Below are positions 10,510 to 19,345 of a DNA stretch of 35,639 bases, one piece after another. Within the stretch, counting starts at the first letter, position 1, and each line of letters begins with the position of its first letter. The notes beneath the pieces are model-generated. The model was given only the letters and a program-made list of their open reading frames with translations, had not been told where the DNA came from and made no database searches. The DNA is taken from positions 1 through 35,639 of the forward strand of contig JALVUB010000141.1 of assembly GCA_027023915.1 (NCBI GenBank). Reading direction: 5' to 3'. Source of the stretch: Sedimenticola sp. (GTDB taxonomy: Bacteria > Pseudomonadota > Gammaproteobacteria > Chromatiales > Chromatiaceae). Both the position numbers and the translations under genes were made by a program.

Positions 10510-10695
10510 GAGCATCACTGTTGCTGCTGGTTGGAAAAGCAAAGTGTACCCTGTTTGGCGTAATAACGATGATCTGGCGCCCCTTCTCCATCCATGAAAA
10601 TCCACGGGCTGGATCGCCACCCAAGGGGTTGTTAGGATTAGCCACAAAGGTAACAGGCCGTCGCAAAGAACGGTCGTATTCTGGAGGAGTTTCCC

Positions 10696-11019
10696 GTGAC
10701 CACACCCAAAGTCGTCGTCTATTCCACCCAGTTCTGCCCCTACTGCGTGCGCGCCAAGGCGCTGCTCCAGGCCAAGGGGGTGATGTTTGAGGAGATCCGG
10801 GTGGATCTGGACCGCGACCGCATGGTGGAGATGATGCAACGCAGCGGCCGGCGTACCGTGCCCCAGATCTTCATCGGCGACCATCACGTGGGCGGCTTCG
10901 ACGACATGGCGGCGCTGGATGCCCGTGGCGGGCTCGATCCCCTGCTGGGGCTGGGACCGGACGGGTCTGCCCTCCCCTGCGGCCACGACCCCGACAGTTC
11001 CGAGGATGGACCTACATGA
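10696..11019 (+). CDS. grxC: Glutaredoxin 3 with a C-terminal extension
   Basis: CPYC active site, TVPQIFI, GGFDD, GGAGGAG RBS before the GTG. Confidence 0.9.
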   Translation: MTTPKVVVYSTQFCPYCVRAKALLQAKGVMFEEIRVDLDRDRMVEMMQRSGRRTVPQIFIGDHHVGGFDDMAALDARGGLDPLLGLGPDGSALPCGHDPDSSEDGPT

Positions 11020-11408
11020 GTGAAACGAGCATGCGCCTGGACAAGTGGCTCTGGGCGGCCCGTTTCTTCAAGACCCGCAAGTTGGCCGCCGAAGCGGTCC
11101 AGGGTGGCCATGTCCATCTCAACGGCCAGCGCACCAAGCCGGGCAAGACGGTGCAGGTGGGCAGCCGGCTGCACATCCGCAAGAACGGCCTGGAGTGGAA
11201 AATCGAGGTGCTGGAACTGCCGGCGCAGCGGCGCCCGGCCAGGGAGGCGGTGAACTTCTACCGCGAGGATGAGCAGACCCGCCTGAAGCGGCAGGAGATC
11301 ACCGCCCGGCGCCGCGCCGAGCGGGAAGCCACGCCCATCCGTACCGACAAGCGCCCCAGCAAGCGCGACCGCCGCCTGATCCACAAGTTCAAGCAGGGCA
11401 GCCTTTGA
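11016..11408 (+). CDS. hslR: Ribosome-associated heat shock protein Hsp15 (S4 domain)
   Basis: MRLDKWLWAARFFKTR and C-terminal RPSKRDRR. Confidence 0.93.
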   Translation: MSETSMRLDKWLWAARFFKTRKLAAEAVQGGHVHLNGQRTKPGKTVQVGSRLHIRKNGLEWKIEVLELPAQRRPAREAVNFYREDEQTRLKRQEITARRRAEREATPIRTDKRPSKRDRRLIHKFKQGSL

Positions 11409-11412
11409 ATCA

Positions 11413-11871
11413 ATGGACGAGGACGCTTATCGCGAACTCTACAGGGAGGTGAACAATCGCCAGTGCCATTACGAGAAGGCGATCCTCTCCACCCGCTGCA
11501 ACTGCAAATCCATGCGCAAGCTTAACCTGGCCGAGCGGGAGGCGGCCCACTGCGAGGACGAGGCGGCCTGGCGCCGATGCCACCACTATCTCGAAACCCT
11601 GCGGCAGGCGGCCCGCTTTGCCCTCAAGGCACGCGGCGAAGGCCAGCGACTGCCCCACGCCAAGGCGATGCGGTTGCAGGTGGGCGGCTTGCGGGGGCTT
11701 CATGCCGCGCTCCATCCGGGGCGGGCCATTCCCGATCCCATTCCGGACGTTCAAGGGCTGCTGAGAGAGGCGTTGGAGCGCTGGAGCAGTTTCGAGGCGC
11801 TGCCTTTCGATGAGATCATCAAGGAAGTCACGGCCTGGGAAGGGCGGCGGCCGAAGCGGCGCAGGAGATGA
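11413..11871 (+). CDS. Cys-rich hypothetical protein
   Basis: 152-aa ORF starting 4 nt after hslR, with five Cys (CHYEKAILSTRCNC...HC...CHHY). Confidence 0.75.
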   Translation: MDEDAYRELYREVNNRQCHYEKAILSTRCNCKSMRKLNLAEREAAHCEDEAAWRRCHHYLETLRQAARFALKARGEGQRLPHAKAMRLQVGGLRGLHAALHPGRAIPDPIPDVQGLLREALERWSSFEALPFDEIIKEVTAWEGRRPKRRRR

Positions 11872-11896
11872 ATCGGACCGGGTTTAACCCCGTCAG

Positions 11897-11918
11897 AAAA
11901 GGGGGGCAGATCCCTTTT
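11897..11918. terminator. Possible bidirectional terminator hairpin
   Basis: AAAAGGG-N8-CCCTTTT between convergent operons. The GC part of the stem is short. Confidence 0.4.
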
Positions 11919-11941
11919 GTCTTTCCACGGCGAAGCCTGTA

Positions 11942-12021
11942 GCAGGAGCGGCGTCCCCGCCGCGAACTCATCGACCCGCATAAAGCGTGTCATCCGTTCG
12001 GCGCGAGGACGCGGCTCCTAC
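11942..12021. repeat. Degenerate inverted pair of GTAG-type REP elements
   Basis: GCAGGAGCGGCGTCCCCGCCGCGAAC (11942-11967) and, on the minus strand, GTAGGAGCCGCGTCCTCGCGCCGAAC (12021-11996). Confidence 0.65.
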
Positions 12022-13133
12022 GGTTGACCAAGAAGCAACGCCACCTGGCCCAGGTAGGGCTCCATCACCGGCTGCAGCTTGCGCCGCATGAGGGTGCCGA
12101 TGGCGTCAGTCTTGCGGAACACCGGGCGCACCACGCCGTAGCTGGAGCCGGAAAGCACCCGCAGTGCCTTCAGTTGCGGCACCAGACCAGGGCAGGCTTC
12201 CGCCACCACCCTGGCCTCCGGCGCTTGTTGCACCCAGCTTTCCGCCTCGGCTTGCAGTTCCTCTATGGTGGCGTCGGCCGGCCCCTCGGGGCGGGCGGCG
12301 GCGAAATAGCCGGCCACCACTTCCAAGGCGCGGTTGACCACGTCCTGGTTCACCGGCTTCTCCAGCACCTTGCCCAGGGTCTTCAGCCAGGCCTGGCCCG
12401 GGGTGGAGAGCGTCCGCAGCAGCAGGCCCGCAACGGGGTTTCCGGCCTGGACCAGCCGCTCCAGCGGCTCGCGGCAGGAGGCCAGCAGGATTGAGTCCGT
12501 GCCCTGCTCCGGCAGCTCATCCGGCAGCGACGCGAGGAAACCGACGTAAAAGGCGTTCTTGCGCCGCGCCCGCTTCCACAGCTCGTCACGCACCCCCTGC
12601 TCCAGCAGCCCCGGCTGGAGCACCAGGGTGACGGTGTCCATGATCTTTTCCGCCTCGGTCTCGAAGGGCAGGAACTCCACCAGCCAGCGCGCCAGTTTCG
12701 GCCCCATCTCGCCCGCCACGATGCGCGGATTACGGAGCATCTGGCGGGCGTTGTCGGCATCCTCCATGGCCCACCAGGCGCGGCGGGCCAGTTCGTCGGT
12801 AAGATCCTCGGAATAAACCACCGCCACTACCGCCTCGGGCTCTCCCAGCAGCAGCAGCTCCTCCACATTCTCCAGCCGCAAATGACCCATGCGGGTCCAG
12901 CGCTGTAGGTGGAGGGGATAGCCGGCCGGGGTACCCAGCACCTGGGTGGAGAGCAACTCGCGCACCCACTTGAGGTAGAGCTCGTCCTTCACCGTGGGGT
13001 TGAGGGGAATCTCCATCTCGCCCTTCTCGGAGAGGGCGTGGAGGATCATGCGCGACTCGTCGATGCGCACCGCCTGGGGGCGGTTGGCCAGCATCACGTT
13101 GAGGCGCAGGGCGTCTTCGGGCGCCAGTTCCAT
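12018..13133 (-). CDS. dsrS: DsrS, sulfur oxidation accessory/regulatory protein
   Basis: MELAPEDALRLNVML...AVRIDES, GYPLHLQRWTRMG, LLLGEPEAVVAV, ELARRAWW. Last gene after dsrNR. Confidence 0.85.
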   Translation of the reverse strand: MELAPEDALRLNVMLANRPQAVRIDESRMILHALSEKGEMEIPLNPTVKDELYLKWVRELLSTQVLGTPAGYPLHLQRWTRMGHLRLENVEELLLLGEPEAVVAVVYSEDLTDELARRAWWAMEDADNARQMLRNPRIVAGEMGPKLARWLVEFLPFETEAEKIMDTVTLVLQPGLLEQGVRDELWKRARRKNAFYVGFLASLPDELPEQGTDSILLASCREPLERLVQAGNPVAGLLLRTLSTPGQAWLKTLGKVLEKPVNQDVVNRALEVVAGYFAAARPEGPADATIEELQAEAESWVQQAPEARVVAEACPGLVPQLKALRVLSGSSYGVVRPVFRKTDAIGTLMRRKLQPVMEPYLGQVALLLGQP

Positions 13134-13143
13134 ATGGCGGAAA

Positions 13144-13458
13144 TCAGTGCTCCTTGGGGGGCACGTAGTGAGGATCGGCGGGGTTGAGGAAAATGAACTG
13201 CCAGTTGCCCGGCTCCAGCTCGACAAAATCCAGAACGCACTCGTCCAGTTTTTCCTGAAACTTGGGGTCCATCACCACTTCGATCCCTTCCGACTGAATG
13301 CGCAGATCACCATCCACGGCCTCATCAAAACCCATTTTATAGTCGAAAGCGCCGTCGGCTTTCTCCCGCACTGCAAGGCGCAAAGCCATGCCTTCGGTGC
13401 CGCTCTGCTTGGCTGCTTTTCTGATCTGCTCTGCCGCGTTGGGTGTGATCCTGAACAT
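13144..13458 (-). CDS. dsrR: DsrR, IscA-like protein lacking the Fe-S Cys residues
   Basis: HesB/IscA-like (ITPNAAEQI, LRLAV, YKMGFD, LDFVE, FIFLNP) without the CGCG motif, located between dsrN and dsrS. Confidence 0.88.
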   Translation of the reverse strand: MFRITPNAAEQIRKAAKQSGTEGMALRLAVREKADGAFDYKMGFDEAVDGDLRIQSEGIEVVMDPKFQEKLDECVLDFVELEPGNWQFIFLNPADPHYVPPKEH

Positions 13459-13472
13459 TGTGCTTCCCGTTT

Positions 13473-14840
13473 TCAACTGCTCGAATGGCTGGCCACGAAA
13501 TCGACAAAACGTTGCGCCCAATGGTTGCCGCCAACACTGCGCATGTGAGCATAATTGGCCAGCAGGTTACGGTAGATCAAGCCATCGTGACGGCCATCCA
13601 CACCGTACCCCCTTTCAACCTGATAGGCAAACGGCAATTCGGCATCCAGCTTTTCGAGGCCCGAATAGTGAAACTCGTGGGCATGGATAACCTGACCCAC
13701 GCCACCGCCCCATGGGTGGTGCGAAGTTTCGCACAGCCGCACGTAGCCTCTACCCTGGGGTTTCTGGTGCATTTTCACCCGGGCCGGCAGAACGCCCACC
13801 ATGCGGCACGTCCGCCCCCGCCATTCCAGGCCGTGGCAAAGATACATCAGCCCACCGCACTCGGCATAGGCCGGCCCGCCGGATTCGATGAAGGCACGGA
13901 TGGCATCGCGCATGGGCTGGTTGGCCTCCAGCGCCGCCATGTGGGTCTCGGGAAAACCGCCGCCAATGAAGAGCCCGTCGGCATCGGGCAGGCGGGTATC
14001 CGAAAGGGTGTCGAAAGGGACAAGCTCGGCACCCGCCTGCCGCAGTGCCTCCAGGTCGTCGGGATAGTAGAAGCCGAAGGCCGCGTCGCGGGCGATGGCG
14101 ATGCGCACGCGCGACGACGCCGGCGTGGAATCCGCCGCGGGCGGCGCATCGAAGGCGGGTGCCGCCGACGCGATCTCCAGCAGCCGATCCAGCTCCACGC
14201 TGCCGCCCACGTGGTCGGCGATGGCGTCGATGCGCTGCCGGGCCGCCTCCGCCTCGTTGCTCGGCATCAGCCCGAGGTGACGCTCGACTATCTCCACCTT
14301 TTCGTTGCGCGGCACGGCGCCCACCACGCGCACGTCGGTGTAGTGCTCGATTACCCGGCGCAGCTTGGATTCGTGGCGCGGGCCGCCCACGTTGTTGAGG
14401 ATCACGCCGGCGATGCGGATGTTCGGGTCGAAAGCCTGGTAACCGAGGATCAGCGGAGCCACGCCCCGGGTCATGCCGCGGGTGTCCAGCACCAGCACCA
14501 CCGGCGTCCCCAGCAGGGCGGCCAGGGCCGCGTTGCTGTTGCTGCCGTCCAGGTCCAGACCGTCGTAGAGCCCCTTGTTGCCCTCGATGAGGCCGATGTC
14601 GGCATCCGCCATGTGGCGGGCGAAGAGCGAGACGATCTCCTCCCGCCCCATGGTGTGGAAATCGAGGTTGTAGCAGGCGCGGCCCGAGGCCCGGCCAAGC
14701 CAAAGAGGATCAATGTAGTCTGGCCCCTTCTTGAAGGCCTGCACCACCCGCCCCAATCGCGCCAGCGCCGCGCACAGGCCGATGCTCACCGTCGTCTTGC
14801 CCGACGACTTGTGCGCGGCAGAAATCATCAGGTGTGGCAT
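13473..14840 (-). CDS. dsrN: DsrN, siroheme amidase (cobyrinate a,c-diamide synthase family)
   Basis: KSSGKTT, FKKGPDYIDP, IEGNKGLYDG, ERHLGL, GGGFPE, YAECGGLMYL, HEFHYS. Confidence 0.92.
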   Translation of the reverse strand: MPHLMISAAHKSSGKTTVSIGLCAALARLGRVVQAFKKGPDYIDPLWLGRASGRACYNLDFHTMGREEIVSLFARHMADADIGLIEGNKGLYDGLDLDGSNSNAALAALLGTPVVLVLDTRGMTRGVAPLILGYQAFDPNIRIAGVILNNVGGPRHESKLRRVIEHYTDVRVVGAVPRNEKVEIVERHLGLMPSNEAEAARQRIDAIADHVGGSVELDRLLEIASAAPAFDAPPAADSTPASSRVRIAIARDAAFGFYYPDDLEALRQAGAELVPFDTLSDTRLPDADGLFIGGGFPETHMAALEANQPMRDAIRAFIESGGPAYAECGGLMYLCHGLEWRGRTCRMVGVLPARVKMHQKPQGRGYVRLCETSHHPWGGGVGQVIHAHEFHYSGLEKLDAELPFAYQVERGYGVDGRHDGLIYRNLLANYAHMRSVGGNHWAQRFVDFVASHSSS

Positions 14841-14851
14841 GGTCAGAATGC

Positions 14852-14879
14852 GAAAAGGCGGCCCAATGACCGCCTTTTC
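14852..14879 (-). terminator. Terminator-like hairpin between dsrP and dsrN
   Basis: GAAAAGGCGG...CCGCCTTTTC, a 10-bp inverted repeat. Confidence 0.6.
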
Positions 14880-14903
14880 TCAGATCCCAACAGTTTCGTC
14901 AAA

Positions 14904-16127
14904 TCATGATTTGGCGTGGTGTGGGTCCACCACCTCGTCCGCCAGGGAATCCGGCAGGAATTGCAGCACCCGGATGGCGACGAAGGTGAGCAGCAGGGTC
15001 AACGCCATGCCGCCGATGCCCAACAGCACCTCGGCCAGGGAGGGCGAGTAGAGGAAGGGCTGCCCATTGACGCCGTCGAAGAAGCCACTGGAGACGATGG
15101 TCTTGCCCGGGAAGATCGCCATGGGAAAGGCCTGCCCGCCGATAACGATGACATAAACTGTGGCCAGGCCACCCAGGATGACCGCGGTGGCCGCGGCGAT
15201 GATGCCACCCCGGCTCTTGCCGATGGTCGGGTGATAGACCAGACCGATGGGCAGCAGGCAGCCGACGAAGACCCACCCCACCCAGAAGAGGAAGGTGTAG
15301 ATGCCACCATCGCGCAGGATGAAGGCCTCGTACTCGTGGTTCTCGGTACCATAGAGGTTGGTCAGGTGGTAGACCAGGGTGAAGTAGAAGACCGCCGCGG
15401 CAAAGACGCCCAGCAGGTTCTTGAGACGGAAGAGCACCTTGTCGCCCAGCTCACGCCCATCCAGCTTGTAGGTGAACATCAGTACCAGGATGAGAATGGC
15501 CAGGCCATAGGCGAAGGACATAATGACGAACATGGGCGCCAGCAGGGCGGCATCGTAACCCTGACGGGCAACGATGAAACCGAAGATGGAGCCGGTACCC
15601 GTGGTGAGGATGATGCGCCACAGGAAGGCACCCACCCCGGCCGGCTTGTAATAGCGGTTCATGCGCCGGTCCATCATGAACCAAAGATAGACCGCTACAA
15701 TGGCCATGAAGCCGGTGTAGAGGAAGATGTTCCAGGCGAAAATCGACTTGAAGTTGTAGTGAGTCATCGCCACGATGAGCCGGTCCGGCCTGCCCAAATC
15801 CAGTACCAATACCGCCAGCCCTCCCATCAGCAGGGTTATGGCCAGCAGACCAGAAAGGCGAGCCAGGGGCTTGTAGAGCTTCTTCTCGAACACCGACGCG
15901 ATGGAAGCGGTGTTCAGCGCCCCGGAGGCGGCCACGATGAGAAAGATGGCGAAGACGTGCGGCGTTCCCCAGACGATCTGGTTGGTCATGCCGGTCACCC
16001 AATGGCCGTTAAGCTCCATGTAGAGTGCCGAAACACCTCCGATGGCCGCCACCAGGGCGATCAGTGCCAGCAGCCCCCAGAATTTGGGGCTCTCGATCCC
16101 CCACTCGCTGAAGTGAACCTTTTTCAT
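14904..16127 (-). CDS. dsrP: DsrP, NrfD/PsrC-family membrane protein
   Basis: Highly hydrophobic, VTGMTNQIVWG, LDLGRPDR, position after dsrO. Confidence 0.92.
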   Translation of the reverse strand: MKKVHFSEWGIESPKFWGLLALIALVAAIGGVSALYMELNGHWVTGMTNQIVWGTPHVFAIFLIVAASGALNTASIASVFEKKLYKPLARLSGLLAITLLMGGLAVLVLDLGRPDRLIVAMTHYNFKSIFAWNIFLYTGFMAIVAVYLWFMMDRRMNRYYKPAGVGAFLWRIILTTGTGSIFGFIVARQGYDAALLAPMFVIMSFAYGLAILILVLMFTYKLDGRELGDKVLFRLKNLLGVFAAAVFYFTLVYHLTNLYGTENHEYEAFILRDGGIYTFLFWVGWVFVGCLLPIGLVYHPTIGKSRGGIIAAATAVILGGLATVYVIVIGGQAFPMAIFPGKTIVSSGFFDGVNGQPFLYSPSLAEVLLGIGGMALTLLLTFVAIRVLQFLPDSLADEVVDPHHAKS

Positions 16128-16158
16128 TACTTCACCCGTATTTCTCTCGAATGGTGTC

Positions 16159-16917
16159 TCAGATGTTGGTGTAGCGCACGCCGGGATTGAGCTTGAGGTC
16201 GTCCCGTACCGCCACGCTGGGATAGGCTTTCAACGCCTTGGAAACCGCGCTGTCGGGATCGTTCAGGTCGCCGAAAACGATGGCCTGGTGCTTACAGGCC
16301 TCCTGGCAGGCGGTGGTGGCCTGGCCGTTGTCCAGGCGATGGACACAAAAATTGCAGCTCTCCACGCAGCCCTTGCCCCGCGGGGTATGGGTCAGCTTCT
16401 CAGCCACCTCGGCATGAATGAAGGAGCGCGCCTTGTAGGGGCAGGCCATCATGCAGTAACGGCAACCGATGCAGATGTGACGGTCAACCATAACGATGCC
16501 GTCGGCACGGCGGAAAGAAGCGCCAGTCGGACAGACATCGGCGCAGGGCGGTTCCTCGCAATGCTGACACATCATCGGCAGGTTGGTGACCCTGCCGGTG
16601 AGGTTGTCCTTGAGCTTGACGTGGCGAATCCAGTGGGGACGCTGCCGCTCCCACATGGCGTCATCCGCGCCCTCGGGTTTGTCCACCAGATCGATGCCGT
16701 TTTCCTTGTCGCACGCGTTGATGCAGTCGGTGCAGCCGTCGGCACACTTGCTGGTATCGATGAGCATGCCCCAGCGCACCTTGCTGGTCACCGCCGTAGT
16801 GCGCGGCTGTGCCTTCAGGGTATGCAACACCACCCCCGGGGCCACAGTCGCAGTGGTGGCCGCCGCGGCTGCTTTCTTGAGGAAGTCCCGACGTGCCTGG
16901 TCGTTCATGCTGGACAT
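16159..16917 (-). CDS. dsrO: DsrO, Tat-exported 4Fe-4S protein
   Basis: RRDFLK Tat motif; CxxGCxxCxxxC, CQHCEEPPCADVCP, CIGCRYCMMACPY and CNFC cluster motifs. Confidence 0.93.
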   Translation of the reverse strand: MSSMNDQARRDFLKKAAAAATTATVAPGVVLHTLKAQPRTTAVTSKVRWGMLIDTSKCADGCTDCINACDKENGIDLVDKPEGADDAMWERQRPHWIRHVKLKDNLTGRVTNLPMMCQHCEEPPCADVCPTGASFRRADGIVMVDRHICIGCRYCMMACPYKARSFIHAEVAEKLTHTPRGKGCVESCNFCVHRLDNGQATTACQEACKHQAIVFGDLNDPDSAVSKALKAYPSVAVRDDLKLNPGVRYTNI

Positions 16918-16919
16918 CT

Positions 16920-17300
16920 TCACTTTCCTCCCGGAACCGTGCTGTGGCACTCGAAGCAATCGAGATGCACCGCCGCGTAGTCGTGGCACTTGTCACAGAA
17001 CTGCCCTTCCGCGTTCACCGGTACCGGCTTGCCGGCGGCATCCTTGCGCGCATGGCAGTCCACACACCCGGCGATGCTGTATTTACTGCCACGAACACCC
17101 TGATGCACCGTCAAATCCCGCTGGTGCTTGATAAACTCGAAGTGCCTGCGACGCATGACGGGGGTGGGCTCGACACAGTGATCGAGCTTGTCCGCCTTGG
17201 CGGTGCCTTCCACTGCCTCGCCGGCAACCGCGGTGCCCAGCCCGAAAAGCAGGCCGACCGCCAGTATTGCCAGCAAAGTGATACCGTGCTTGCCAGTCAT
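16920..17300 (-). CDS. dsrJ: DsrJ, triheme cytochrome c
   Basis: Signal peptide, three CxxCH (CVDCH, CDKCH, CFECH), extra Cys in HCVEP, MRRRHFEFIKHQRDLTVHQGVR. Confidence 0.92.
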   Translation of the reverse strand: MTGKHGITLLAILAVGLLFGLGTAVAGEAVEGTAKADKLDHCVEPTPVMRRRHFEFIKHQRDLTVHQGVRGSKYSIAGCVDCHARKDAAGKPVPVNAEGQFCDKCHDYAAVHLDCFECHSTVPGGK

Positions 17301-17322
17301 GGATAAAGCCTCTGCTTTAGGT

Positions 17323-19272
17323 TTACTCGCCCAGGCCCATCTTGATGTAGCCGGTGGGGCAGACGTCGGAACAGACGTGACAGCCGACACAACGCGCGTA
17401 ATCGGTAGCCACATAGCGGCCCGTGGTACGCTGGTCCTTGGGTACCCGATAGACAGCGTCCTGCGGGCAGAAGACCACGCAGTTGTCGCACTCGAAGCAA
17501 AGCCCGCAGCTCATGCAGCGGTCGGCCTCCTTGCGCGCGGTCTCTTCGTCGAGGCCCTTGACCCGCTCATGGAAATGTCCCAGTACTTCATCGGCGGTGG
17601 GCACGTCCTCTTCACGTTTGTAACGGGGAACCACCTCGAAGTAACCCAGGAACATCTCGTCGGTGCTGATGATCTCCTGGAAGGAACGGTCCTCGTAGTT
17701 ATGCACCGCGTAATTGGAGAAGGAGGTGCCACGGCGATCACCTTGATCGGGATCGAAATGCTCCGGCTGGAGCCCTGCCTCTTCAAGCTTCTCCAGCAGG
17801 TCGAAATGATGCACGTCCACCTTGGGACGCTTCTGGATCTCCTCGCCCTTGAGGAACTCGTCCACCGACTCGGCGGCCACCCAGGCCTGGCCGATGGCAG
17901 TGGTAAGCAGGTGAGGACGCACGATATCGCCGATGGCGAAGTGGTTGGGCTTACCCTTCACCTGATAGTTGCCGGTGGTGTCCATCAGGCCACGTCCGTT
18001 GTCAAAGCTCTCCAGGCCCGAAAGATCGCCGCCCTGACCGATGGCGGCCACGATGATATCGGCTTCAAGCACCCGCTCGGTACCCTCGATGGGCTTGGGC
18101 GTATTGCCTTCCATCTCGCAGTCGCACACCTTCAGGCCGGTGGCGCGGCCGTCTTCACCCTTTATGACCTCCAGAGGCATGACGCCGTCAAGAATAGTGA
18201 CCCCCTCCTTCAAGGCGTCCTGAATTTCGTGCTCGGAGGCCATCATCTGGCCGCGCTTGAAAAGCGAGGTGAGAGTGGCTTCCACCGGCTCGCGGCTCGC
18301 CTCCAGAGCCTCGTCGTGACTCAGATCGTCATTGTGGATGACGTCTTCGGGGTTGCCTTCCATGTTCGGGCTGGTGCCGATACGGCGGGCCACGGACACC
18401 ACGTCGATGGAGGTATCGCCACCACCCACGCAAACCACCTTCTTGCCGGTGACCTTCATGCGACCTTCATTAAAGGCCTTGAGGAAGGCGACACCGGTAA
18501 CACAGTTGGGGGTGCCTTCCCAGCCGGGCACCGGCAGGTCGCGGCCGGTCCAGCAGCCGATGGCCCAGATGATGGCGTCGTAGTTCTTCTCAAGCTCCTC
18601 TACGGTGATGTCCTTGCCAACGCGGGTGTTGGTGTGAACTTCCACCCCCATGTCCACGATGCGCTGAATCTCGGCGGCCAGCTTGTCGCGGGGCACCCGG
18701 TAGTTGGGAATGCCATAGCGCATCATGCCGCCCAGCTCGGGCTGAGCCTCGTAAACGGTGGCGCCATGACCCATCAGCCGCAGCTGGTAGGCCGCCGCCA
18801 TGCCGCCGGGACCGCCGCCGATGATGGCCACCTTCTTGCCGGTATCGGCACCTGGCTCGAACTTGTAACCGTTGGCCAGCGCGGTATCACCGATGAACTG
18901 TTCGATGGAGTTGATGCCGACGTGGTCTTCCACCTCGTTGCGGTTACAGCCGTCCTCGCAGGGCGCCGGGCAGACACGGCCCATCATGGAGGGGAAGGGG
19001 TTGGCCTCGGTGGCGCGACGGAAGGCATATTCGTGCCACTCAACACCCGCCGCCGGCTGTTCGATGCCGCGAACGATGGAGAGCCAGCCACGCACGTCGT
19101 GACCGGAAGGGCAGCTGCCCTGGCAGGGCGGCGTTTCGTGTACATAAGTGGGACACTTGTAGGAGGTATCGTAATTGAAGACATCCTCGGTCCAGTCGTC
19201 CCAGGTGTTCTTGCCGTCTTCGAAACGACGCCAGGTGCGGCTCTTGTTCATCTCTTCGCTAGGAGTTGCCAT
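17323..19272 (-). CDS. dsrL: DsrL, iron-sulfur flavoprotein (NAD(P)H:acceptor oxidoreductase)
   Basis: PPCQGSCP, GRVCPAPCEDGCNR, GGGPGG, GGGDTSID and two C-terminal ferredoxin motifs. Confidence 0.94.
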   Translation of the reverse strand: MATPSEEMNKSRTWRRFEDGKNTWDDWTEDVFNYDTSYKCPTYVHETPPCQGSCPSGHDVRGWLSIVRGIEQPAAGVEWHEYAFRRATEANPFPSMMGRVCPAPCEDGCNRNEVEDHVGINSIEQFIGDTALANGYKFEPGADTGKKVAIIGGGPGGMAAAYQLRLMGHGATVYEAQPELGGMMRYGIPNYRVPRDKLAAEIQRIVDMGVEVHTNTRVGKDITVEELEKNYDAIIWAIGCWTGRDLPVPGWEGTPNCVTGVAFLKAFNEGRMKVTGKKVVCVGGGDTSIDVVSVARRIGTSPNMEGNPEDVIHNDDLSHDEALEASREPVEATLTSLFKRGQMMASEHEIQDALKEGVTILDGVMPLEVIKGEDGRATGLKVCDCEMEGNTPKPIEGTERVLEADIIVAAIGQGGDLSGLESFDNGRGLMDTTGNYQVKGKPNHFAIGDIVRPHLLTTAIGQAWVAAESVDEFLKGEEIQKRPKVDVHHFDLLEKLEEAGLQPEHFDPDQGDRRGTSFSNYAVHNYEDRSFQEIISTDEMFLGYFEVVPRYKREEDVPTADEVLGHFHERVKGLDEETARKEADRCMSCGLCFECDNCVVFCPQDAVYRVPKDQRTTGRYVATDYARCVGCHVCSDVCPTGYIKMGLGE

Positions 19273-19345
19273 TGTCACTCTCCATACAGTTGAACTGTTG
19301 CCCTTGCGGGATGCTTGATTTTTCGGATAACGGGGACCGCCCGAA

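Noticed and set aside
10510-10986. 159-aa N-terminal extension of PepN in the ORF track
   Set aside because: It runs antisense through grxC, and PepN homology begins at about 10509.
13473-14840. Cobalamin pathway (cbiA/cobB)
   Set aside because: Its position inside the dsr operon identifies it as dsrN, and no cob/cbi cluster is present.
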